A DNA stretch of 64,000 nucleotides from assembly GCF_018977255.1 (NCBI RefSeq), contig NW_024704742.1:79424001-79488000 (forward strand), read 5' to 3'. A program made the translations under genes and the position numbers. This stretch comes from Callorhinchus milii (taxonomy: Eukaryota). Positions 24,526 to 36,755 of this stretch are shown here, piece by piece. The notes under the pieces are model-generated. The model ran no database searches, was not told where the DNA came from, and worked only from the letters and a program-made list of their open reading frames with translations. The first letter of the stretch is position 1. Every line of letters begins with the position of its first letter.

Positions 24526-25102
24526 TATCCGGTAATGCACTTTGAGATGTCCTCCCAACGTGAAAGATCATTGTTTTCTTCCACTCTGGGTGGGCATCCA
24601 ATGTAATAATTCATATGTAAATTTTGACAGTAAGTGTCGGAGGAGGGGAGCATAGCCTGGACAGAATTCCAGGCTTGGTTTCCCTTCATAACCAGGTCAG
24701 TATGGCTAATTCAGTGCATACTGGGATGATGATGGGTTTCCACAGGTGTGAAACATCCAGCTGACTAATAAAAGCTGTGAATCAAGCCTGGAATCTTTCC
24801 TAGTTTGTATGGCTTACCAACTCACTACTTGAATAATTAAGCCATCAGGGGACCTTATTTATTCACATTTTCTAATCAATAACAAATGGAAATGTCAGTA
24901 CCTCCCCAATGTCATCCTTGCACATTTCTTCATTTACAAACCACTCAAAAGTAATCTGCAACTCACTTGATATGTCAAAAGTGTTCTGCAATAAATTTTA
25001 ATGACTTTGGCTAATAATATTCAACAAAAGTTACTGTTTTTATAACTTCACCATTTCAATGGGAAACTGAACACATAGCCAACTCACAATGCCCTCTGTG
25101 AT

Positions 25103-25290
25103 TCACAGTACCAAACACACAATCTATATCACCTCACAGTACTCAACACACAGTCTATATCATCTCACAGTACCAAGCACACAGTCTATACCACCTCATA
25201 GTACCCAACACACAGTCTATGTCATCTCATAATACCTAACACACAGTCTATATCACCTCACAGTACCCAACAATCTCTATGATCTCACAA
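25103..25290. repeat. 31-bp minisatellite, about 6 copies
   Basis: Unit ctcacagtacc(c/a)aacacacagtctatatca(c/t) repeated in tandem. Confidence 0.92.
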
Positions 25291-25714
25291 TATCAGCACA
25301 TGGCCTTTGTAACCTCACAATCCTTGGGCTTCAGTCTGTGTGATCAAATGAAGCTCCACAGAGGTTTTAAATCAACTAAATCTTCATGTCAGCATAATCC
25401 TGTCATTTTCATTTCCTATCTTTGCCTGGAATACTGTAATAACCCTTTGCCAGTGTCACAAAATATTACAATGCTTTAAGAATTTAATAATTCTTCTGCA
25501 ATTGTGTACTACCTTACCTACTTTCATAAATTTACAGTATTTTAAAATAAACTGACCTACTTAAAGCAAACTGAATGGAATTGTTATACTTTGCATTAGA
25601 TAACCTGCCATACAATTGTTATCTTCAATGATGAAACACTGGACTGTAAAAAGAAATTTAGTGTCATGAAATGGAAATCAGTTTAGCTTTGTTTAACCTA
25701 AACTCAGTTTATAC

Positions 25715-25960
25715 AGGCCACACCCCATCGGTGGCTGAACCTTCAGTCATTACACCCATAATCTATGGAACTCCTTGTCTCTATCCGCCTTGCCCTTCTA
25801 TATTTATCTTCAAATCCCACCTTAAAACCCACCTCTTCAGTTGCATCTCTGATCAACTCCCCTCCTCCCCTTCCTTCTAGCTCTGTGGCAAACCGCGCCT
25901 CTGTGAAGCGTTCCAAGAAATTATCCTACTTGCAGGGCGCTGTACAAATGTAAGTTATTA
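25715..25960 (+). mobile_element. L2 3' fragment
   Basis: ccccatcggtggctgaaccttcag...tggaactcc...ttcaaatcccaccttaaaacccacctcttc...gggcgctgtacaaatgtaag. Confidence 0.78.
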
Positions 25961-27299
25961 TTTAACTATTTCTCTTTCCCCTCCATTACCTAAACATCTT
26001 ATTTTGAAAGTTACAAGCTATCTATCTTACACTCAATTGGCAATTCTGTGGAGTTCAGTATATTCTGTGAAGTGCTTTGATGTCTCAATTTAGATGTCTC
26101 AATGATGCGATAAGGCCCTTATCAATGCAAGGCTTGTTATTATATTATTATGAAGTGAAACATAGGAGAAAAATTTGTGGAATCTATATCATTCACGATC
26201 TGGTCTGCGTGAGCTACTAACCAGACACACTGCAACATTTCCATTGATTTGATGCAAATTTCATGTTGAACCAATGCAACATAATAAAACCGAGTGGCAA
26301 TGATTGCCTTGTGAATCAGTCACAGCAAAGGATTTCAAATACTGAAAAGGCATAGCTTCTGTTTCTGGGGTGAAATGAACCGAGTGTCAAAACAGTATCA
26401 CAGTTGATACTTATCCCATTGACTGCAAAGGCAGCAGAGAGCAATCAATAGCTATCACTGGTCTCAGGGGATTTAAACCTCCTCGCTTCCCACCCTCGAG
26501 GATATAGTAACGATTGACTGCATTTCTTGGTTAATATGATAATTGGCACCAGTGATAATAAAAGCAGTGAATGCAACTGAACAGGCATTGTAACTAAACG
26601 CTTCAGGGGTGAAATGCATGTTTTTTTCTTGTGTCAAGATGAAATGCAACAAATTTCTCACTGTTTCTCAGTTATCGCTCGGGGGATAATTCAGTGGAGC
26701 CACAGGGGTTCTGCTGTGGCTATCTTGGAATTTCTTCTGTTGAACTATGCTAGATTTTACTCTGTGCCATTGAACAGATGTTTTTGGTGAAAAATAAACG
26801 AGGCAAATGACGTTAATCAATTGGTTTCCTGATTGCAGTGTTGAGACATGGTTATTAGGTCCAAAATCAGAGTTTTAGATCAAGGGATTCCCTTGGACTC
26901 AACCATTGTGTCAAGGTAATTTGAAAGATCGCAACTGTCACCATCATTGCTGGACCTTCCAGCAGTAGAGCAATGAGGGGCATGAAAACTCATTCACATT
27001 TCCTGCTTCAAGTTGCACAGATCTCAGCAATTCCCTGTTTGGTTAAAACGTTTAAAAAATGGCACTTGATCCACTATTAACAGCAATTTACAATCCCCAC
27101 ATGCACAAGTTCATTATTTAACCTGCATCACATGAGAGTGAACTCTCAGCTTTTACTCAGCTTTCACTATATTTGATGTACCTTGGTGAATTCACCAATA
27201 AATAATTTGAAAAAAAAACTTTGTCCGCAAAGCAGAACAACTCATTGTAAATGGTTCCTAAAAAATAGAAGGATGGGAATATACAGGACACTGAGAGAC

Positions 27300-27470
27300 T
27301 GAGTAGCACCTGGGCCAGAGGAGTATCCTTTATTCTGTCGGAGACCTGAGCTTGAATTCAATTTGTTGGATTGATGGGATGAAAACTTTCTGCTTCAGTG
27401 AGCAATAAATGTCCAATCTTAAATGAGCTTGGGCAGTCACAACCCAGTAACTGGTGAGTAACGCACACTG
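27300..27470 (+). mobile_element. LF-SINE-like ancient SINE relic
   Basis: gacctgagcttgaattc...gatgggatgaaaact...aaatgagcttgggcagtcacaacccagt resembles the recalled LF-SINE 5' region (gttcaaatccagccc...aaatgagttggtggtctcagtccagtt). Confidence 0.55.
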
Positions 27471-27989
27471 CTCATAATTAAGCAATAATTAGCCGACTTG
27501 CCCACAAAGGTCGCAAAGTGATGAATATATTGCGTCTGACCTGTATTGTACTGGTCAAATGGAGTAAACACTTTCTCCTCTGCCTCAATGTTATCTATCA
27601 TTCTATTGTTATCAGTCATTGACTCTAATCTCGTAAGAAGAACCTTGTTGTATGCTTGTTTTCTGCCTGGGGAAGCAAGCAGAATGATTCTATATCAGGT
27701 TGGTTTTTGACAAGCATTTTAGGTAATAAGCTATCCTAGAGATTCTCAAAGTGAATATTTCTAAAGGTTTTCCTGCCCAATCTGTCCTAACACAAGAGAG
27801 AAGTTTTTTATTGAAAGCATTTACTCCCCACCCAACTTTCCAGAATAGCATCCCGATTTGACAATGATATGTTCTGGTAGGATAGTCCATCAATAACACC
27901 ATCGCTGTGAACTTTAACAAAGTGGAGTTTTTCTTTTCTAGCTTTTATGTATCTTATTCCAAATTATAATATTTCATATATATATATAA

Positions 27990-28410
27990 AACATAGGATT
28001 ATTGGATTAGGAGAAGGATGTATAGCCCAACAAGACTGTTCCACTAGTTTATTAGTTCTGGATAAAACTTTTAATCCTAAAGCCCTGCCCATTCAGCATA
28101 TGCCTTATTACCTCCACCATATGCCTAAAACCTCAGATGTAAGTACTGTATTCTATCTATCTAGCTCTTGACATCCCTATTGATTTTGCCTTTACAGCTG
28201 TCTGGGCAGAACATTTCACATCTTCATGGCCCTCTGTGTGAAACAATGTTTCCTGATCTTAGTTCTAACTCTCTTGTCTCTGATTTTAAGCTAATAACCC
28301 CTTGTAATAGATCCCTTTACCAACAGGAAGAGCCATCCATGATCTCACCTGTCAATGCCTTTCATTATTTTAATTACCTCAATCAAATCATTCTTAATCT
28401 CCTCTGCTCC
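27990..28410 (-). mobile_element. Decayed CR1 3' fragment
   Basis: gaacatttcacatcttcatggccctctgtgtgaaacaatgtttcctgat...ttttaattacctcaatcaaatcattcttaatcctctctgc. Confidence 0.65.
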
Positions 28411-28700
28411 CCTCCGTAATGGCCTCCTGTTTGTCCCTTGTCCCCTCTGCTCCACCATCAGTAGTTGTGCCTTCAGCCATGACACCCCAAAACTCTGAAA
28501 CTCTCTCCTTCAATCATTCCGCCTTGCGCCCTTCCTCCCCACTTTCGATTCCCACTGAAAGACCTTCCTTTTTGATCGTGCTTATGGTCACCTTCCCCCT
28601 CCCTTTCCCCCTGGCTGGTTGTCAGACTCCACCACTATCAAGCACTCCGGGACACTACCCCGCATGAAGGGCGCTATATAAATGCAAGTTGTTCTTGTTG
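28410..28700 (+). mobile_element. L2 3' fragment
   Basis: ccaccatcagtagttgtgccttcagcc...gaagggcgctatataaatgcaagttgtt. Confidence 0.8.
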
Positions 28701-29250
28701 CTCTAAGGAATACAACAATATAGATAGCCTTTGGGTAGTCTGCTTCTATGTACACCAAAGGTAATGCAGAATTTCAAAGTTCTTTGTACGTTTATTGGGG
28801 CTTACGGTGAGGTAATTAATACAGGAGTTACAAATAAAACCTTTTGAGAGTGACTAAATGATTTGATGCATACCGGCAGAAACACTACAACTTACCAGAG
28901 TTCCTGTGGATCTATGTGATACACTTTCAGCTTTGAGCAGGTGTTGAAGTTGGCAGCTCCTGTTATGAATGGAAAACCCATTCACAGAAGAGCATTTCTT
29001 ATGTTCTTTTAGGAAGTGTTCATTATTGAAACACAGATTAGATTTTTTCTTTTAGGAAATAACATTATAGAATACAGTACATAGGTAGTTTGGGACATAT
29101 GTGCATGTGACCACCAGGAAGGTGGAAGGTGAACTTGATGGACCTAGGTCTTTTTATGTCTGGCATATCTTAAGTTCTTATGTAACCCCAATGTTTCTGA
29201 AATTCAATTTCTTCAGTTTGTTGTGACTGACTATCTTACACCGTCAGTAA

Positions 29251-29556
29251 TAATATAATAATAATCCTTGCATTTGATATAGCACTTTTCACGTCTTCTA
29301 GACATCTCAAAGCGCTTCACAAAATAGACTGTAAAATGAATTGACTGTATATTTGTGAGCGAAATGCGGCAGCCAATTGCGCACAGTAGCATCCCACAAA
29401 CAGTCGTGGATTGAAGTGACCAATTTATTATTTTTTTTAGGGATTATTATCAGGCGTGTAGTAAGCAATAGTAAGGAAACTTGCCCAAGGTTTCACCCTG
29501 CCGGGAATCGAACCCAGTCTCTCGTTTGCAAAGTGAGTGCTCTAACCACTGAACTA
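29251..29556 (-). mobile_element. Young tRNA-Ala-like-headed SINE, near full length
   Basis: Minus head tagttcagtggttagagcactcactttgcaaacgagagactgggttcgattccc; flanking direct repeat cagtaa at 29245-29250 and 29557-29562. Confidence 0.93.
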
Positions 29557-30149
29557 CAGTAACTACTGGAGTCACTTGTAATACTATAACTGTTAAAAAT
29601 TAAAATAAATTCAACTACTTAAGTATTGATGCAAGATTACATCATTCTGAGTTAGAAGCCCCCACCAACAGACTCAATTCCTCTTCCCTTTTCCTAAACA
29701 ACACCAAGTAGGCAAGAGCCTACAGATCTGGCATCAAAATCTACATTGCATTTAAGAAATTGTGAAATTCTCTGAAATGCTAAGAAAATAGAATATAGAA
29801 TACAATAAATCTATACCCAGAAGGAATTTCTCACTTTGCAACCATGCCTAAATTGAATCTGTTGGTATCTAAGACCCGTATTCAATACTTCTAAATATCT
29901 ATTTAATCTGACAAAGAAGATTTTGATGCTGTTTTGATTTCTTTAGTACTAGCTGTGCTTCAATGTTGATTGCATTGCAAATGAGAGAAGGCTTAACTTA
30001 TGAAAGTGATCTATCTTAATCCTCTTTCCAACTCCAAAGCTTAACTTTTAAATCAGATCTGAAATCCACAACTTTCAATACTCTTTCAGTATGTTACAAA
30101 TCTGGTGTTCTTCCATATGGAACTTTAAAAAGGAAAACTGGTTTTCTTG

Positions 30150-30455
30150 ATAGTAATCCTTGCATTTGATATACCACCTTATCATGTAATTGAGAAGTCT
30201 CAAAGCGCTTCACAAAATTTATTGTGAAGTAAATTCACTGTGTATTTTGTGGCCAAATAGTGGTAGCCAATTGTGCACAGCAGTGTCCCACAAGCAGTCG
30301 TCGATTTTTTTTGGAGGGATTATTACCCCTGGAAAGTTATCCACCAATCAACTAACAACCAGGTTCCTACTTGCTGCTAGTTAAACAGAGGCATGTGGAG
30401 AAAGGAAACTTTCCTGAGGTTTCACTCCACCTAGGAATTGAATCCAGATCCTTGA
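30150..30455 (-). mobile_element. Diverged relative of the young SINE
   Basis: taatccttgcatttgatat...ggagggattatta...ggaaactttcctgaggtttc...ggaattgaatcc. Confidence 0.82.
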
Positions 30456-30844
30456 TGAGTTCTTGTTAAATATTTTGCAAAATAGGATAAAATTTCTATT
30501 ATTTTCCTTGAAGCATGGCCTTCGATTGTGTGTGTGACCATCGGCACACTAAGAGGAAAGATATGGGTGAAAATTAATTTCTAAAAGCAATGTTTTCATT
30601 GATTTTCTTCATTATGAATCTATGTGACAGTATTAACAAATGGTATATGTTAGTATCCATTATATAGATGTAAATAAACACAATGTATGCAAACAATTAA
30701 CTTGCATAAATGTGATGAATTATTCATGTCAAGCTAATGTAGAGAAATACAAAGCGAGGTAATACTAACCATGCCGTTTGTGTTTTAAATTCATACACTT
30801 TCATGTTGCTTAAGCAGAGGGAATGTTACAGGTGTTCGCAATAG

Positions 30845-30992
30845 GTTTAGCTGGTTAAACTCCAACAGTGCCCATAGCACACACTGGAGTCCCCCAAACT
30901 TTGGTTCTTGACAAGCAGGGTGACTCATTTGGTTTGGAGACTCTTAAACATGGTAATGAGTGATTTCCTTTGTGTATCAGACATCCAACTGA
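30845..30992 (+). mobile_element. Unclassified repeat, internally deleted copy
   Basis: ggtttagctggttaaactcc...actcttaaacatgg...tcagacatcc matches 9811-10070. Confidence 0.7.
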
Positions 30993-31243
30993 CTAAAGAC
31001 AAAACAGCAAAGTAACTGGAGGAAAAACTGCATCAATGACAAAATGGAAGTGTAGCTCCCCTGTTCTCTGGTCCCATTCATTTAGATGTATACCCGCACC
31101 GTGGTCCCATCCACTTAGTGTCATGTATTCATTGTAGACGGATGAAAATGTGTGCCCGTATAAGTAGCACAAGGCATGATGAAGCAACATAAGAAGATAT
31201 TGAAAGCTAGAGGCAGAACATACCTAACAATAACTTGCATTTA

Positions 31244-31695
31244 TTATAATAATAATAATAATCCTTGCATTTGATATAGCGCTTTTCACGTCTTCTAGAC
31301 GTCCCAAAGCGTTTCACAGAATATACTGTAAAGTGAACTGACCGTATATTTGTGGGAGAATACGGCAGCCAATTGCGCACAGCAATGTCCCACAAACAGT
31401 CGTGGATTGAAAATGACCAATTTATTATTGTTTTGTTTTTTTGGAGGGATTATTATTAGGCGTGTGGAGTAAGGAAACTTGCCCAAGGTTTCGCCCTGTC
31501 TGGAATTGAACAGGCAGATTAGGGCACCAAATTTATCGTTTCCTCTGAAGGATGGCACCACCAACATTGCAGCACACCCCCAGCACTGCATTGGGGTATC
31601 AACTTAGACAATGTGAGTTCAAAGTCCAGACAAGGGGCTTGAACCGACAACTTTGTGACTCTGAGGTGATAGTGCTACCAACTGAGCCAAGCTAA
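31244..31695 (-). mobile_element. Chimeric SINE: older head and body joined to the young SINE body
   Basis: 31244-31510 is young type; 31506-31695 is older type ending gtgctaccaactgagccaagct. Confidence 0.88.
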
Positions 31696-32134
31696 TTCTC
31701 ATGTACTCACCAAGTCCTTATTATGGTTACTGAATAATCCATACAGCAAAACTCCCACCAACAATTTTGATAGTTAAAATCAGACCAAGAGCACTGCTGA
31801 TATGATCAATGCTATTCTTGAGTACAACAGCTAAAATTGTAATAAAACTGTTAAAATAACAGCTTATTGCTTCTTTTTATGCTTATTGCACATGAATCGG
31901 TTTGCTTTAAGATGGATAGTGTTTTATTCATTGTTTTAAGAAAACCTTGTCTGTCTCACTGGGAAAGATGCAGTGTGGGAGAACAGAAAGGCTGAGATTG
32001 GTTGTAATGCAGATGTGACAATTGTTTTTGATGATTTCAAAGGGAATTCCTTCATTGCGATGTCCTAGCAGGTAGATACTCCTTTAAAATTCTATCACAT
32101 CCACATGCACAGAAGGTACTCTTAAAGTAGATTG

Positions 32135-32600
32135 TATCAAAGAGGTTTTGAAAGTGGAGAGACTAGAGAAGCTCGGATTGTACCCTTAGAGCAGAGAACG
32201 TTAAGGGGAGAGTTTATAGAGGTATTCAAAATTATGAAGAGTCTTGATTGAGTAAATAAGGAGAAAATGTTTCTGCTGGCGGGTGAGTTGGTAACCAGAG
32301 GACACAGATTCAAGATAATTGGTAAACAAACCAGAGCGGAGATGAGGAGAATTTTTTTTACGCAGTGAGTTGCTACAATCTGGAATGCACTGCCTGAAAA
32401 GGTGGTGGGAGCAGATTCAATAATAACTTTCAAAAGAAAATTAGACATTTACTTAAAAAGAAAAAAAATTGAAGGCTAAGGGGAACGAGTGGAGGAGTAG
32501 GACTAATTGGATAGCTCTTTCAAAGAGCCAGCACAGGCATAACGGGTTGAATGGCCTCCTTCCATGCTGTAGGATTCTATGATTTTATGATTCTATGAAG
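32135..32600 (+). mobile_element. CR1 3' fragment with (ATTCTATG)n-type tail
   Basis: gagactagagaagctcgg...accagaggacacagattcaag...tggaatgcactgcctgaaa...gattctatgattttatgattctatg. Confidence 0.92.
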
Positions 32601-32654
32601 TCAGCATGAAGTACTCCAAAGACCTTTAGTAATACATCCCATTTGTTGCAACAA

Positions 32655-33260
32655 TGCAGTGCTAGAGGTCTGTTGCATTATCAGAGGTGCCGTACTTCGG
32701 ATGAGATTTTAAACCGAGGTCCCTGCTTGTTCAGGTGGATGTTAAAGATCCCATGTACCAATTTTATAAGAGAAGGGAGCTTCTCTCTCCCCGTATCCTG
32801 GCCAACAATCCTCCCAAATTAAAAAACAATTGGTTGGTCACTACCTTCTTCATTCAGTTGGTAGCACTCTCGCCACTGAGTCAGAAGGTTTTGGGTCCAA
32901 CCAAGCCTTTAAACTCTTAGTCCAGGCTTAAACTCCAATGCAATTCTGGGAAAGCACTGCATTGCTAAAGTTCTGGGGAACTGGTACATTAAACCAGTAT
33001 CCCTCCTGCCCATTTAGCTGGATGTTGAAGATGCCATGCTACTCTAATATTTTTTTAAAAGAGATAATATTTTCCTGGTGTCCTGGCCAACAATCCCCCT
33101 CAGATGAAAATAAAAATTATTAATTTCAGGGTTATTTATGGGGCATTGCTGTGGGCAAATTGACTCCTGTGTTTGCCTAGCTGTAGAAAAGTGTGAAATG
33201 CTTTGAGGCATCCTCAACGTGATAAGATACACTATCAAATACAAGAAATATTATTATATT
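32655..33260 (+). mobile_element. Two tandem older Deu-SINE copies (partial 32655-32840; fuller 32855-33260)
   Basis: Two Deu cores (ggtggatgttaaagatccc; gctggatgttgaagatgcc); second head cagttggtagcactctcgcc. Confidence 0.82.
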
Positions 33261-35592
33261 TAGATTATTTTGTTCCTATCCCTAACTTTTAGTGTTGCTA
33301 AGTAAGAGCTACAGAATATTATCTTTCTCCAGGTTTGATGTTTGATTAATCCCACAACAGCACAAGATTGGTGCTGTTGTGAGATTAATAAACCCCACCC
33401 CCATCACTGCATCAATTTGCTTTTTAAATAAGTCCTGATCTTCAAGAGAGAACTTGACAAATACGTTAAGAGTCAGCGACAGGGGATTATATGGAGAAAG
33501 AGCAGGACTGAAATGATTACTCTTGAGGGAGCCAACACAGACACAATGAGCCAAATGCTCTTCTTCTTTTCCCTAAATCATATTGGCGCTGCTCAAAAAC
33601 AGAAGGGAGTTTCTCCCAGTGTCCTGGCCAACAATCCCTTAGTTAATTGATCACTCATTTTATGGGTGTTTGTGGGATGTTACTGTGCATTTTCCTAGAA
33701 GGTACAAGTCATTCCACTTCACAGTATATTCCACAAAGGGCTTTCTATGTAAGGATTATTATAGTAAATGCCTGATAACTCGATCCTGGCCTAACTAGTC
33801 ACTACCATGTAAGTCATCACACTGTCAATATCCCGGCCACCTTTATTCATGTATTTATACATTTGCCTAACTTGCCTCTCCAGATAACTCATAACCGAGT
33901 CCTTTTCCCTTCAAACAATGAGTTACCACAAGTTTATAGTATTATTATTTATTAGCATCAGGGGGAAAAGTATGATAAAGAAACTGGGCCCACAAAGAAG
34001 ATAAAATATAGCTTTAAACAAAATTAAATTACAATTTTTAAGAACATTTTTGCAGCCTCAGACTTTCATGGAACCTTTTCCACATGAATTTTCTCCTGTC
34101 AGAATTTATTGTATTACCAGAATATTTTATTTGTTATTGGCTCTAATGAGAGCTCTGAGAGATTCTCCTCTGTAATTTAGTCGGGCTCAACCTGAATGTT
34201 CAAATTGAATAGCAGAAAAGCTGAGCTGGGATTTTTTTTAAAAAAAACTGTAGCAGCAGCTGGTCCTCAATTATTTGCCCAACGGCCTTTATTACAAAAT
34301 GATTCGAGCATTATTAACATTACATGGTTAGTAAGATAGTTTACTTTAGGTTATTGCTCCGAGATGCCATCCTGCGTGAAGGGCGCTATATAAAGTTAAG
34401 TTGTTGCTGTTTTTTCTAAACAGAGTAATTAGTAATGTAGGATGTTGGAAATTAATTAATTATGCACTATTGTTGACCCTCTGAAACATTGATCTTCATT
34501 ACTAACTGCTGTGTGGTGTCCCAAAGAGTACTTGCAGGATTTATTGTTTATCAAGCTTATTGTAACTTATAAATTGGACCGCTCTGTGCAAAAAAGAAAA
34601 AAACATTAGTCCAAAATTCCCTTGAACTTGCAACTTCTTGCCCATCTATCCAGATTCTATGAACAATACAGACTTGAGTATGGTAATGGCATGAGTTGAG
34701 ATGTCACAGAATCCTAACAGAATGTCTGCCAAATTTGCCCACAAAATACAGAAGCTTTACAGAATATCCTTTACAATATAACTTTGAGATGTCTTGATAA
34801 CTTGAAAAGGCGCAATATCAAATGCAAGGATTATTATCATTATTCAGATGTTTCTTCCATATAGTTTCCTGCGCTCAGAACACTATCTCATCCTTAAATT
34901 GGATTGTTTGAGAAGCACGTTAATGAACCTTTGCTCAAATGTACACCAGAAACTGTAAGTTTATTCAGCTTCCATATGGAACTTTTTCTGGTCGAGGGCA
35001 CTTAAAAGCAACAACTAAATTACCCGTTTTGTGAGGGAAATTAAGGTTACATTGGACTTGTGGTTGATTGAACTTCATTATTCAGTAATAATGCACAGCT
35101 CAGTGTTATTATTAGTGTTTGGATGCTTATTATATGGATATGATGGATCTTTGTATTTACTAAACTAAGGAGCAGAACTCTCGATTTCTTCTTAATTGCG
35201 TAGCAAAGATATTGCACAGAAGATTTCAAGTAAATTTACAAGTTCTCTGTCAAAATCGCATTAGCATTTGTTCATGACATAAATGTGTGGTGATTCAAAG
35301 GTTCAGTCGCAAGAAACAGACGGTTAAGTAATTAATATGGCTCATTGGCTCTAATGCTGCTCAGAATAGAATGCGGCATAGGGTTGTTATTTCAAATGAG
35401 GGGAATATCTTTATAGGATTCGAAACTCAAATCAAAAATACTATACTTTGTTGTGAGCCATTTGCAGTTTCCAAAAAAGTTGAAGAACTGTGCAGTGCAT
35501 CTTACTGTACTAGGTGTAACTTTAGCAACCTCCGAACCTGGGTAACCTTCACCAGTGCTGCGCAGCTAACCCACCAAACACTCAGATAAAAC

Positions 35593-35919
35593 CAAGCTAA
35601 CTTGCCCGTCAAAGTGAACCAGCGAAATGTCTCTCACTCTCTCTCACAACATGCTAACACCCCCAAGCAAAACTGCCCATCAAAATGAAACCTGAGAGAT
35701 ATGATTCTCTCTCTCTCCTCTCTCTCTTTCTCTCATGCAGAAATATACACATCCAAACTCTCATACACACACTCTATCACTCACATAAAAGTACATACAA
35801 ATATCCCCCAAACAAACCTGCGCATAAAGTAAAGCCTGAGCGATATCAACTCTCCAACAAACATATTACACATACATACTGACAGAAAACCTACCTATAC
35901 AAATGAAATCTGAGAGACT
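35593..35919. repeat. Four degenerate ~37-bp repeats separated by variable CT/CA-rich spacers
   Basis: Copies start at 35593, 35664, 35809 and 35883; core aaacctgcccatcaaa(a/g)tgaaacctgag(a/c)gat. Confidence 0.7.
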
Positions 35920-36614
35920 AATATGCCAAATAAATCTGTCCGCTGTGCAATGTAAACCAATTGTCGTGGTGTTTGCCAGACCAGTGGGTAGGTGTTGGGT
36001 TGAGACCTCAGAAGCAGCATATGCAGGGATTGGAACGCGATGACCTTTTCCAGTCTGTCAGTGGTGGAGGACATCACACAGTGGGTCATATTGCCCTTCT
36101 CACAGCTGGTTCAGTGAGTGATCTTAAAAAAGCCATTAAATAATTCACCGCATCTTTTGAAGCATAGCGAGCCTGATTATGATTGCTTAAGAAATGATTT
36201 TATTTTTAACATCAGTAGGATGACAACATTTCTAGAAAGAGATGAGTCTTCAGCCCAACATGTTTTACAGCTTTGATAATCCCGAAACCCACCGCAGGGT
36301 AAATGTTTCATTACCCTTTTTTTCTAATTTGTTGTACAAAGGCAACATGTTTGACCAAGCAGTCAGGGCTTAACTTTTATTCAAATGTGGGGGATATAAA
36401 TAGGAATGAAATGCTTTGTAAATCCCATCTGTTAAATGGTATCATGTTTTTTTGTCAGTTAAATCGTTTCGCCTCATTAGGTGCAAATGTTCCCACCACC
36501 ATTATACCTTCTGTGATCTTGGGTGGTTCAATTTGTGTGCTTGCATGAGATCTTTTGGTGTCTATTGCCTATATAAGAGTTTAAAAAAGCATCAGACAAG
36601 AAAAATGAACAATA

Positions 36615-36755
36615 AATGCCTCATGGCTGTTTGTGGGATATTGTCTATGCCTGTAAAATATTCGCTACACTTTACAGAAAATTCTGTGAAACGCTTTGAG
36701 GAGTCCCCCCAACATGAAAGGCACTACTGAAAAATGCAAGGACTATTATTATTAA
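36615..36755 (+). mobile_element. Deu-SINE 3' fragment
   Basis: tcatggctgtttgtggga...gtgaaacgctttgag...atgcaaggactattattat. Confidence 0.75.

Noticed and set aside
25103..25290. CRISPR-like periodicity
   Set aside because: Pure tandem units with no unique spacers; a minisatellite.
27437..27619. Minus ORF MTDNNRMIDNIEAEEKVFTPFDQYNT...
   Set aside because: Short, unrecognised, weak donor, and overlaps the SINE relic.
35593..35919. CRISPR array
   Set aside because: Repeats are highly degenerate, spacers are low-complexity and unequal, there are no cas genes, and the context is vertebrate.
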